Assembly: GCA_010405405.1 (NCBI GenBank)
Contig: MU004231.1
Coordinates: 1,371,784 to 1,435,783, forward strand
DNA length: 64,000 nt
From: Microthyrium microscopicum
Lineage: Eukaryota
Direction of reading: 5' to 3'
Both the position numbers and the translations under genes were made by a program. This document shows, piece after piece, positions 30,400 to 43,300 of the stretch. The notes beneath the pieces are model-generated. The model had not been told where the DNA came from. It ran no database searches and was given only the letters and a program-made list of their open reading frames with translations. Every line of letters begins with the position of its first letter. Positions within the stretch are counted from its first letter, which is position 1.

Positions 30400-33300
30400 T
30401 AGGTTTAAAACTATTATTATTATACTTATTAAAATAAGCGTTAATAAGTAACTTATTATTATTATCTATATTAATATTCTCTTCTATATAAAGGTTAAAT
30501 AGAATCTAGTTGTTTAATTTACTAATATTAGGTCTAGTTATAGTATTAAGGTTATTATTATTTAGATCTTATTACTCTATATATAATATTAAAAAATCTA
30601 AATTAGGAATATTATTATTAACTATATTATTCTTACTAAGGAGTCTAAACCTACTCTTTTTAGCCTATAAAGGAAGTATAAAGGTATTATTAAACTTATT
30701 AATAAATACCTAAAGCTTTTCTCTAAACTAGGTAAAGATATTAAGAGATAAATATAGCTCTTTAGCGCTAATAATAAGCTCCTAAGGCTTAGTATATCTA
30801 TTCTTATTTAGATTAATTACCTAAAGATATATATTATTAATAATAATTACTATTTTATAATCTTTATTAGTACGTTACTTAAACTTAAACTTAAATAGAT
30901 TCTAAAGCTTATAAGAATATATACTACCTAAATAGATATAATTAAACGTAACCTAAGGATTATAAGTAGAATTCTTATAACTCTTTATATTAATTTTATA
31001 AATATTATTTAGATATTTAAGTCTAAGATCCTATACCTTAAATAACTTCTTATTACCTTTCTAATTAATAAAAACAGAATATAGAATAGCCTTATAGAGT
31101 TATAGCGTATATACTCTAAGTAATAATAACTATTACTAGTATAATAAAAGATATATATATTTATATTAGTTTACCTTAGTAAAAAAGATAGTTATATGTA
31201 GAAGTAATAACTAGAATAGACTAATATTACCTATTTTAATTACTTATTTATAATAAAGGAAGAATAAAACTTCCTAAAGATACTAATACTACGTTTAAAA
31301 GTTAAGGTCTTTATAGTCGCTAATAAAAGATATACTCCTATTTTAGGCTTCTTTAAATAAAGTCTTATCTTATATCTACTTAAAAATACTAATATACTTA
31401 TTAAGAGTTAGATAATTAATAATATTATTAATTTTAGTTTAGTTAGCATAAAACCCTAGATTATTATTAATACTCTTACAAAACTTCTTTTTAAAAAAAA
31501 TATATAGAAAGATAGACTCTACGCGTAACCTAAACTTATAAAGTAATAGTAGCTCTACTTTATTAAACTTTAGGTTAGCTTATAAAGGGATTAGACGTTC
31601 TTAGAAACTAGTATCTATATCTAATATATAAACTTTATTAAGATAAAAAGTATTACCTATAATACTTAAATATATACGTATTAATACTTATTAATAGTTA
31701 AACCCTATATATTAATTTTTAAAATATAGTAAGATAAAATCTTTATAATTAAATAGTAAATAGGCTTTAACCTACTTAGTCTTTATAGTATAACTATTTA
31801 ATAGTAATAACTAATCTTTATAAACTAGAAATAAATAAGTTTAGAAATTATCCTCCTCTTTATAACTTATATTTTAAGGTACTATTAGGCGTAAAGGTAG
31901 TTTATCTTTATTAGTTTCTATATATATAGTATTAATATAATAATTAAATATCTTATTAGTACTAAGTATAGGAAGAGTATATAATTTTAACCTTAGTTAG
32001 TTATAAAATATCTAATAGAATATTTAATACGTACTAGCCTTAGTACTAGGATTATTATATATAGTACTAAGTTAAAAATATTTAATAGTAGTTAGAGAGA
32101 TAATATCTATAGAAGGCTAAGTAAGAACTTTATTCTTACTATTCTTAAATATATTTTTTTAAAAGTTTAGATACTATTCTAAAAGCTACTTATATAAAAG
32201 TACTAATTATAAAACTAGACTATACTATTTAGGTTTATAAGTATCTATATTAATTCCTAAAATAAAAGGTAAGTTAAATATAGTTTTAATATCTAATAGA
32301 ATAGTAAAGTTAAAATTAATTTTAAGAAAGCCTTCCTAAGAAATAGAAGGATACTTAGTAAGAACTATTACTATAAAATTTAGCTATTTAGTTATATTAC
32401 TATTAACCTTATTACGCTTAGTATTTTATATATTATAGTTATTAAAAGTTATAGCTTAATTACTATTTTCTTAGGCTATACTTTTTAAGAGAGCCTAAAA
32501 AAAGGTTAGTATATATAACTAGATATAAAACGTAATTAGCTAATACTAAATAAATACTAAGAAGGAAAGTATATAATATACCCTAAAAGTAAAGAATAAA
32601 GTTTATATAATATTTCTTAACGACTTATTTAAAACGTTTAAGACTATTTAAAACGTTTAAGTCTCTTAAAATATTTATACTATTTAAAGAGTTAGTATTA
32701 TATTAAACGTTTTAAACGTTTTAAACGTTTTAAAGGGTAGTAGTAAATAATTACGTATCTTTAAAGTAACTAATAATTAAATGCTAATATTTATAATAGC
32801 TATATATAAATATAAGATAAAGAGAACGTTTTAATAATATACCTTAGCTTCTTCTAAAATAGTATTTAATATATTTAGAGATATAGTATAACTATACGTA
32901 ATACTTATCCTATTTAATAATTCTATTAATTACCTCTTTATACTAGTTATATAAAGATATATACCTAGAGTCTTAAAAAGAAAATTTAACTATTATTACT
33001 ATTAAAAGTAGTAAACTATAGCTATTATATAATAGATAGCTTATTTAGCAATTATTTTACTCTAAGAAGTATTTTCTTTAGCTAGCTAATTATATTACTA
33101 ATTACGTATTAATCTTAGAAGGAATACTATTTACTAAGAAGTATATATTTCTATATTAGTTATAGTAGAAAAGAAGGTAAGATTTATAATAGGAATATCT
33201 ATAAAGAATTTACTAAACTAGATAAATCTTTATAGAAAAGGAAAGAGCTCTTACTTAAGGGAAGATTTAAATATAAGAAGAGAAATAAGCTAATCTTTCT

Positions 33301-33550
33301 TAAGGTACTTTACTAATAAAGTAAATAATATTTTTATAATACGTATAAGTATAGTATATTAAAGCTATACTATATAAAGATATAAATTCTCTATATAGAT
33401 AATTTTGCTAGTATAAGTAGTATTTCTAATAAATATATAAATTAATTATAAAAAAGAAATATTTTTAGCTAATATAAACTAAATAAACTTATATAGTATC
33501 CTATTAGTTATAAATATATTATAAGTACTATAAGTAGGTAAATCTAAAGT
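30400..33550 (-). pseudogene. RIP-inactivated DUF6589-family (Academ/AcademH-like) transposase remnant; limits approximate
   Basis: Minus-strand reading with RIP (TA<-CA/TG) reversed by eye gives, in family order: 'NFLPKTLGIYLHTTGVKRRLIELLNRMGITCSY' (~32890-32990), 'VTFDNY' (~32440), 'PGTKAGTYQIFHQIFHNQLGL' (~31990-32050), 'IKIGDIG' (~31214-31240) and 'VNWKGN..FK..DLGLEHLNN.YK' (~30995-31070). A probable intron at ~32495-32820 ends in ACTAAC..TTTTAG. Confidence 0.72.
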
Positions 33551-34012
33551 TATAGCTAATAATATAGTAGAAATAAGTACTAAAGTAAATAATATAGTAC
33601 TACTAAATAATATACTAATAAATACTATATAAGAAAGAGTATACAAAGTAGCTAAAAGAGAGAGTATAGTTAAAAGAATAAAATAACTATTTCGTTATTA
33701 TAAGAATAATTATAGTAAAATATATAAGTAAGTAAATAGGGCGTATAGTTAAGTTAATCTTTATAGTAGTATACTATATTACTAATAGTTAGAAAAATTA
33801 CTAAAAAATAACTAGTAAGTAGTATAAGTAATTAAAAAGTAATAAATACTAATTAAATAATAAAATTAAATATAATAAGAAAGATCTTGCGTATAAAAAA
33901 TATAGATAAAACTAAGAATAAGCTAAAATAGATATAATATATAGCGTATAAGTCTTTCTTAGACTCTTAAGGAAGAATTAGGTTAATAGAGTATAATTAG
34001 TAGGTTTAAGGG

Positions 34013-34075
34013 GTTAAACGTTTTTAAAAGTTAACTAACCTAATAGGGTTAGTTAACGTTTGACAAACGTTTAAC
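34013..34075. repeat. 63-bp hairpin (28/29-bp near-perfect inverted arms, 6-nt loop) at the AT/GC boundary
   Basis: gttaaacgtttttaaaagttaactaacc-taatag-ggttagttaacgtttgacaaacgtttaac; the outer 11 bp and inner 11 bp of the arms are perfectly complementary. Confidence 0.85.
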
Positions 34076-34733
34076 TTCTTCCCGTAGAGAGTCTGAGTCC
34101 ACTGAGATAAATTCTTAGCCTTGCAACGTCATGAATCAGCCCAATTGGCCAATCAGCATTTCGAGCAAGAAAGAACAAAACTCGAGATTAGACAAAATGA
34201 ATGGCGCGCTCCCAGCGAGTGCGATGGCTCCCGTACGAAGCGATCTGGTATCGAGTGCTTTATTTACCATTGAGCGCCTTCAGATTTGGACATTTTGTAT
34301 CATGCGATGGGAAATATACTACCTTTTGATTAATAGCGTTCGTGTGGGAGCCATCGACGCTGATGGGAGAACGTTAGTTATTATGTCCATCGGATGATAT
34401 GTTAGAGACATGGGATGTGATGTATACACAGTCGATGCTGCAGGCTGGCATTATTTATCATGATGGCGAGACAAGCCTAATACATACAGCCCATAATCCT
34501 TTCCTTTCCATGCAATACGTAGGTACCCAGCGTAACAGCGCCTAAAAAAAGGAATATAATATATATCCATATGCATGCTATACGTAGCACCACCATGATC
34601 TCGTACGCCGAACCATATCATCATGCCATCCGATCCAATCCCATGTCCAGCGTCCGAAATATGCCCATTCATGCCCAACCCATATCATCATACACATACC
34701 GAGCCAAACCGCCAGAATCCATTCAAGGGTTCT

Positions 34734-36295
<1,562 letters not shown>

Positions 36296-37160
36296 GGCGG
36301 GCGGACGGCAGGCTGGTGGTCGCTCTGCCGAGAGCGATTGGAATGGAAACGAGGAGGATGAGGATGAGTAGTACGATGGTCAGGCTGTTTGATGGTGCGA
36401 TGTGAAATAAGTGGTTGGAGTGGTGTGGTAGATTGTTGGGATCGAGTGGAGGATGAAGTAGAATGGTCAGATGGATCTGGAATCTGGATGATTTGCGGCT
36501 CTGATTGTGGACCGTGGTAAGGTGGATAGGTTGACGGGTTATTGGGAAACTATGTCATGGTACCAGGCTAGACTGGCAAGACTGCGAGACTTAGACTGGG
36601 CAGCAGTTGTTGCCGAGGGTTGTTTGGTACCAAGTACCAAGTACCAAGTTACAAGTACTACTAACTTAGAGGCTGTGGAACCGCCAGACTGCGACTGGTC
36701 GTGTGTAATAATGCTAGGTAGGCTTGTTTGAATGTGACAGCACGGGTCAAGTCACTATTCAAGGACGGCCAATTTGAGTCAGGAGTAGTCGAGAGTAGGA
36801 GATTGATGGGGAAAGGAGCAAATTGAATAGCAACCAAGCACGAATTGTCCACCCAATATGCAAGATTTCATAGAAGTTCTAGAAAGCAGTTTCTACACAA
36901 TAATCTGACGGATGAATGAGGGAAAGAGTGGGGTGGAGTTCTAGAAAAAGCAACCACCAGTCATGACTGCTGAGTACTCGACATCAAACAACCATTTTCG
37001 AAGTAACATCATCAAAACTGTTACACCTATTCTCAAGATCTGAAGCACCCACAAGTAAAACATAATCCCAGCGAGCGACAATCCTGGTCCTCGTGGATCC
37101 ACGGTCCACCAGTCGAGTTTCGGACTTTTCCACTCCACGTGCCCGATCCACGCTTAGATC

Positions 37161-37312
37161 TGTTGCAAGAATATGAGAAATAAAGCGTGGTTGATTACTA
37201 TAGGAGTCTAAGGGCCTAATATAGTTTTTAAGATACGCTAATTAGGGGATTATATTATCCCTAATTAGGTTTTATAATTATCTAATCCCTTAGTATATTC
37301 TTTATTATAATA
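37161..37312. repeat. LTR (3' LTR relative to the minus-strand pol)
   Basis: Begins tgttgcaagaatatgagaaataaagcgtgg; colinear without gaps with 47852-48003, differing by C>T/G>A changes. Confidence 0.93.
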
Positions 37313-40300
37313 TCTTTCCTTACTAGCGTAAACTCTCTTAAAATTATAAATCTTATAGCTATAGCTTTAATAAATAAGTAAAATAAAAAGAATATTATAA
37401 TAACTAATAAGAAATCTTTACTTAGGAACTAAGTTTATTATCTTAGTTATACTAGATAGTAATCTTTAAGATATTATTCTCTAAGAACTTTTCCTAAAAT
37501 CTTAATTAAACTATTATAAATAGTACTTAGGTATTTATAGCTCCTTAATCCTTTTAAGAAGGTTTATCTATATAGGAGCTATTAATAGTAGTATATTAAG
37601 AAATTATAAAGGATTTATATAGGTATACTAAGGCTACTTAATTTAGTAAGGAATATATATAATCTATATATTAAGGCCTTAAAAAGTAAAGTTTATAAGA
37701 AGTAATATATAAGTAGTAATAAAGAACTAAGTAGTAATTACTAGTTTAAGTAAATATAAGAATAAGAGCTTAATTCTATATTTATAAAGCTTTATAATCT
37801 ATCATCTTCTCTTCTTCTTCTTTATTATACTTTTATAATACTTTTAAGCTAATAGAAGTAAATTCTCTCTTATACTTCTAATATTATTAAATATAAATAA
37901 CTTTATATACTTTCTCTACTTAAAACTTACTATTTATATTTCCTAAGGCTCTTAAAATAGCTTTTTTAAGTACTCTAAAAAAGAGTAGTTCTTAAAAGTC
38001 TAATAAAAGAAACTCTTCTTATTTAGGTATTTATTAGAAAATTATTAACGCTTTAAAGGAAAATAAGTAGAAGTAGCTTTTACTTTATATAACCTATTTA
38101 CGTAAGAAGGTTAAGACTAAGGTTCTATCTTTTTTACTAAGTTATAAGAAAACTCTTAAGAAATTAGTTTATAACTTAGTTAAGCGTTATTCCTATTTTA
38201 TAAGTTTTTAGCTAATTAACTAAATCTTAGAAACTAATAAGGAGGAGGAAGATTTCTTTAGTAATATTACTAGTAATATCTCTTATCTTTATTATAAGTT
38301 TCTAATACTTTTTATAATACTAAGAATATCTTATTAAATAGTTTTTATTAATAATACTTCTACTTAAGAATTAGTATATATAATAAGAAGTTTAGACTTA
38401 TTAAAAAGTAATTATAAAGCTAAGTATAAAACTTTTATACCCTTTAACTTATTATAAATATACTTATTTTATACTAGGACTCTTATAATAGTCTTAACTT
38501 ATAAGTATAAAGCTATTAAAAAGAAGTTAGTAAACTTAGTAAAGTATAAAGAGTTTATAAAATAAGAAGTAAAAGGTTATATAAGTTAACTAGTCTTTAC
38601 TAATAAGAGCTTAAAAGAGACTTATAAGCTTATTAAAACTATTAAAGCTATACGTAATAAATATAAGTAAGAAATAAAGTAAGCTAAACTTTAAAAGTAT
38701 AAATATAAGGCAAGCTTAATAATAATTCTTAAAGAGCTATTTACTACGTATAGTTATATAAATATAGTAAGACTAACTACTAAGAAGAGTATAGATTATT
38801 AAGAGAAGTAAGTAAAGTTCTTAGACTCTAACTAGTATCTTACTTTTAAGAATATTAAACTCTTAAAGAAGAAAGTAACTTAGGAATTACTCTTTTAGCT
38901 TTTAAAGTATTACTAGAAAGATAATAGTATTCTAGTAAAAGTTACTAATATCTTAATACTTATATCTTAGTAAAGAATCTATTAGTATTTAAGTACTTTA
39001 CTCTTAATTAAGAATATTCTATTATTATCTTCTTATTTAAAGACTTTTATAATATATATAACTATAGAAGAAAAGTAAGAAAAAGCTTATAAGCATTACT
39101 AAGACTTATTATAAGTTTATACTTATAATAGATATATTATTAGTATATATAAAAGGAATAAGGCTTCTTTCCTAAATAGCGCCTATATTAACTATATATT
39201 TAATAGTAAGCCTTAAACTTATTTATTTTATAAAGACTATATTTTACTATAAAGTTAAAAGAAAGATCTAAATTCTATTATTATTTAATTATTTACTTCT
39301 CCTAGTATTCCTAAGTTACTAATTAATAAGGAGTACTTTAAAATAGTTAAAATTATTATAGAATTAGTAGCCTAGGTAAAGCTCTTAGAGAATAATAAGA
39401 AGAAGTAGGCATAGGCCTTAAAGAAATAGAACTTTATAGGATTATAGTAAAATATATAGTAGTAGTTCTTTAATATTTCTATATTTTCTAGTCTTATCTT
39501 ATTAATTTATTAAAAAGTAGACTTTAGTAATAGTCCTAAGGATTACTAAGGAGATTTAAAGATAACTTATTATATTTAAATATTCTTAATAATAGTCCTA
39601 AGGATTACTAGGAAGATCTAAGGGTTTAGCTTATTTATTATAGCTTATAATAGTTTACTTAAATTAATAATAAAATAAAAGTAATTTCTTATAAATAGTT
39701 TCTTAAATAAATATAATTAGGAAAGGTTATAAAAGAGATAATAAAAGGTTAATTTTTCTTTTCTTTCTTATAAGTATCTTACCTATATCTATATATAGGA
39801 TAATTTCTTATCTAGGAGTAGCTTTCTACTATCTTTATTCTAATCCTAAATATTATAGGCTAGTACTAGGGTATATAGAACTACTAAGTATTATAGTTAG
39901 CCTAAATATATTAATATTTTATAAGAATTCTTTAGTTATATCTATTTCTTATAATAGACTAAGTTTAGAGTAATTTATAAGAAAAACTTTTACTTTTATA
40001 GTATTTAGTAATAAAGGATTAATACCCTAATAGTCTTCTTTAGAATTAGATACCTATTTATATAGATCTATTACTTTTAGTATAGGCGTATAGATAATTA
40101 AAGTAGTAATTCTATTATAGCTTCTTAGCTTTAATAATTTATCTCTTTACTCTTATTATTCTAGTAATATAAAGATTAATTCTTAATCTACTATAGCTAA
40201 GAGGATTTCCTTCTTTACTAAGCTTTAATTTAGGAGAGTAGAAATATTATTATTCTTCTCTCTTATTAAATCTTATAGTACTATAGAATATTCTATCTTC

Positions 40301-43300
40301 TATATAATTTATTCTATTTACTTTAGATTACTTTACGCTAAAGTTAAAATTAGATTAGAAAGAATATATTCTAATATTATAGAAGTCTCTAAGTTACTAC
40401 TTAGGTTATAAATAATTATTATAAGATATTTCTTTTTATATCTATAAATACCTACTTTAGCTTTTTAAACTTTTCTTATAAAGTTAAGAAGAATAATAAG
40501 TAGACTTAGATAATATCTCTTAGTACTAAATCTCTTAATATTAATTAACTTTACTAAAAGATTTTTTAATCTATTAAGCTAGTTTTTCTTAGTTATAGTA
40601 AATATATTTATTTTACTTTTATACTCTTTATCTAAAATACCTTTAAGATTATTCTTACTTAGTTATTTATACTTAAAGTATAGCTAGTTTTAGTAATAAT
40701 ATTTATTTTCTTTTTATATATATATCTATATAAGGTAATTTCTATAGATAAGATTTTTAAGTACTCTTTTATTAAGTATTTTAAGAGCGTATATTTTTAG
40801 AGAGTAAACTTTTAAGACTTTATAAAAACTAAACTATATTACTTAGAACTTAGTTTTATTTAAGTTTTTAAGAAGTATATAAGAACTTATAGGAAACTTA
40901 ATAATAAAGTTCTTTTTTAAAATTATATTACTATTAATAAGGTTTAAAGCTATAGCTTATTTTAATAAAGCGTTATAATAGATTTATTTAGTAATTCTAA
41001 TCTTCTTTAGGCAATTTTTAGTAATTATATAGATAAGAGATATAATACTAGTTAATTTAGTCTATTTATCTTTCTTTACTTAGTTTATTTTAAAGTCTTT
41101 AGAATCTTTTTTATAGATAAGAAAAAAGGAAGATATTCCTAATATAGTATAAGCTTATACCTTAGTAGTATAAACTATCTAATTTAGATATAGATCTTAG
41201 TTAGCTATAAGTTTTTCTTTTAAGAACTTAGTTAAGAATATGCCTAGTAGGCTATTAAATCTCTTAATTTTCTTATTAGACTAAGAGTTATATAAGGCTA
41301 TTAAGTAGTACTTAGTCTTTATCTATTATAATAAAGATAGAATTACGTCTAAGATAAACTAAGGTCTATTATCTAAAGTTAATAATTAAGGAAGACTATA
41401 TTTTAAAATAATTTTCTTATAAATAAATTCTATAACTATAGAAGTAATAATATTTAGTACTACTTCTATAATAAGCTATCTTATAGTATAATTAATTATA
41501 TAGATAATATACTAGTTTCTAAGGAGACTCTATAAAAGTTTACTAATTAGGTTAATTTTCTAAGCCTTAAATAGCTATAAGTTTTATACTTAATAGTAAG
41601 ACTTATACTTAGGTCTACTTTAATCTATCTATTAAACTTAATATATAAAATAGAACTTAATAAATTCCTAGAAGTTATTCTTTATTCTAGGCTACTAACC
41701 TTTTAGTTTAAAGATACTAGTAAGGCCTATATATAATAGGTACCTATACTAATTATATACTTTCTTAATAAGGTCTTAGTAATAAAGAAGATAAATATAA
41801 AGTAAACTAGTAAGTATCTTAGCTTTAGTAGAATCTTTCTTTAAAAATAGATACTTATATTTCTTTTTAATATTACTATTAAGGTTAATTTAAAAATAAT
41901 TAAGAACGCCTTTTTAGAGCCTTTTCTATACGTTAGTAAAGATAGTATAATTTTTTTTTTTTAATACTTCTTATAAGCCCTATATATAGAAAGCTTCTTA
42001 TTTTTTCTACTTTTATAAAGATTTTAATAAAGTAGCTTATACCTTAGAAGATAAATTATTATTACTATTTTTAGGTTCTATTTCTTAGATAATATTAATT
42101 TATTCTTCTTAAAAGTTTAGGTAGTAACTAAGAGTATTAGAAACTACTACTTAAGAACCTTTATAATATATAAAGATAAGATTAAATTCTTAGAACTCTT
42201 TAATTTATTAAGTAATATATTAAGTATTATTCTTAATTATATTTATATACTATAAGTTATTATAATTTATAATTACTTTAGTAGTCTTTCTTAAGAAGTA
42301 GTATTAGTATTTTCTAATTATATCCTTAACTATAAGAAGCTTTTTCTTATATACTAGATAGTTAAGTTTAGCTCTATTTAGCTTATAGCTATTAAAAGTA
42401 ATTAAGTACTATTTACTCTAGTTATTTTCTTATACTAGCTTATAACTAATTATATAATTTAAAGTATTTATCTAGAGCTTTATAAGCTTTTATAAGTTAT
42501 ATACTACTAAGATAGGTAATAAAGTTAATAGGGTCTTAATTCTATTAAAGGCTATAATATATTAATAGGTCTAAGTAATAGGGTAGTATTTCTTTTTCTT
42601 AATATCTAGGTTAGCCTTCTTTAAGAGATTAAAAATAAGAGTAGTAATCTTAGTAAAGTTCTTAATATATTATTAGTAGTATAAGATAAGATTAAGGAAT
42701 TAATATACTTTATATATATTCTTAAGTATAGGCTAAGACTTAATTAAGGTAGTCTTTTTATATAAAGATTAGATTTACTAACCTTTTACTTTATAGCTAT
42801 AGAATTTAATCTTCTTAACTTTAAAGACGTATTTATTAAAATAAGTATAGAGCTTATTATCTTAAAAGATCTTTAGAACTTAGATAATATACTTATAATA
42901 TTTCTTTATAATATCTAAGTAAATAATAATATTATTTAAGTAAATAACTATATAGGTTAATAAAAAAGGTTAGAGAAGTATATTTATTATACGCTAAAAG
43001 AATAATAGTATATTTATTAATCTAAAAGGTATAATAAGGAACTTATACTTCTTAGACTTAGTATTAAAGGCTATTTTCTTAATATCTTTTTTTACTATAT
43101 AGACTTACTAATAGCTTAATAGAAAGTTAAGCTTAGAAAAGAATCTTACTTTACTAATAGTATTAAAATACTTATTAATCTATAATAAAGAATAAATATT
43201 CTTATATATAACTATATTAAGTAGATAATAGTTAATATATATTCTCTATTTTCTTTTTAGCTTTAGTATAAATAGAATAAAGAAACTCTAAGGACTTCCT

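Larger units (their letters stand above)
1..34075. mobile_element. AT-rich, RIP-degenerated repeat block (contains assembly gaps 3559-3713, 11805-11814, 13593-13602, 25598-26337)
   Basis: Near absence of CpA/TpG and a large excess of TpA. Only one ORF >=60 aa in 34 kb. Abrupt switch to balanced composition at ~34075-34090. Confidence 0.93.

Noticed and set aside
30510..30713. 67-aa hydrophobic ORF in the AT-rich block
   Set aside because: The L/I/Y/K-rich composition is a RIP artefact; it lies antisense to the DUF6589 remnant.
1..34075. Starship captain (DUF3435 tyrosine recombinase) or Helitron Rep/helicase
   Set aside because: No matching motifs recognised in the portions I back-translated; the terminal gene matches DUF6589 instead. 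Not excluded for undecoded parts or gaps.
1..34075. Mitochondrial insertion or centromere call for the AT-rich DNA
   Set aside because: The TpA excess with CpA/TpG loss is the RIP signature and no mitochondrial genes are seen; centromere status cannot be judged from sequence alone.
36627..36650. (TACCAAG)3 upstream of pkaB
   Set aside because: A short microsatellite with no supportable function.
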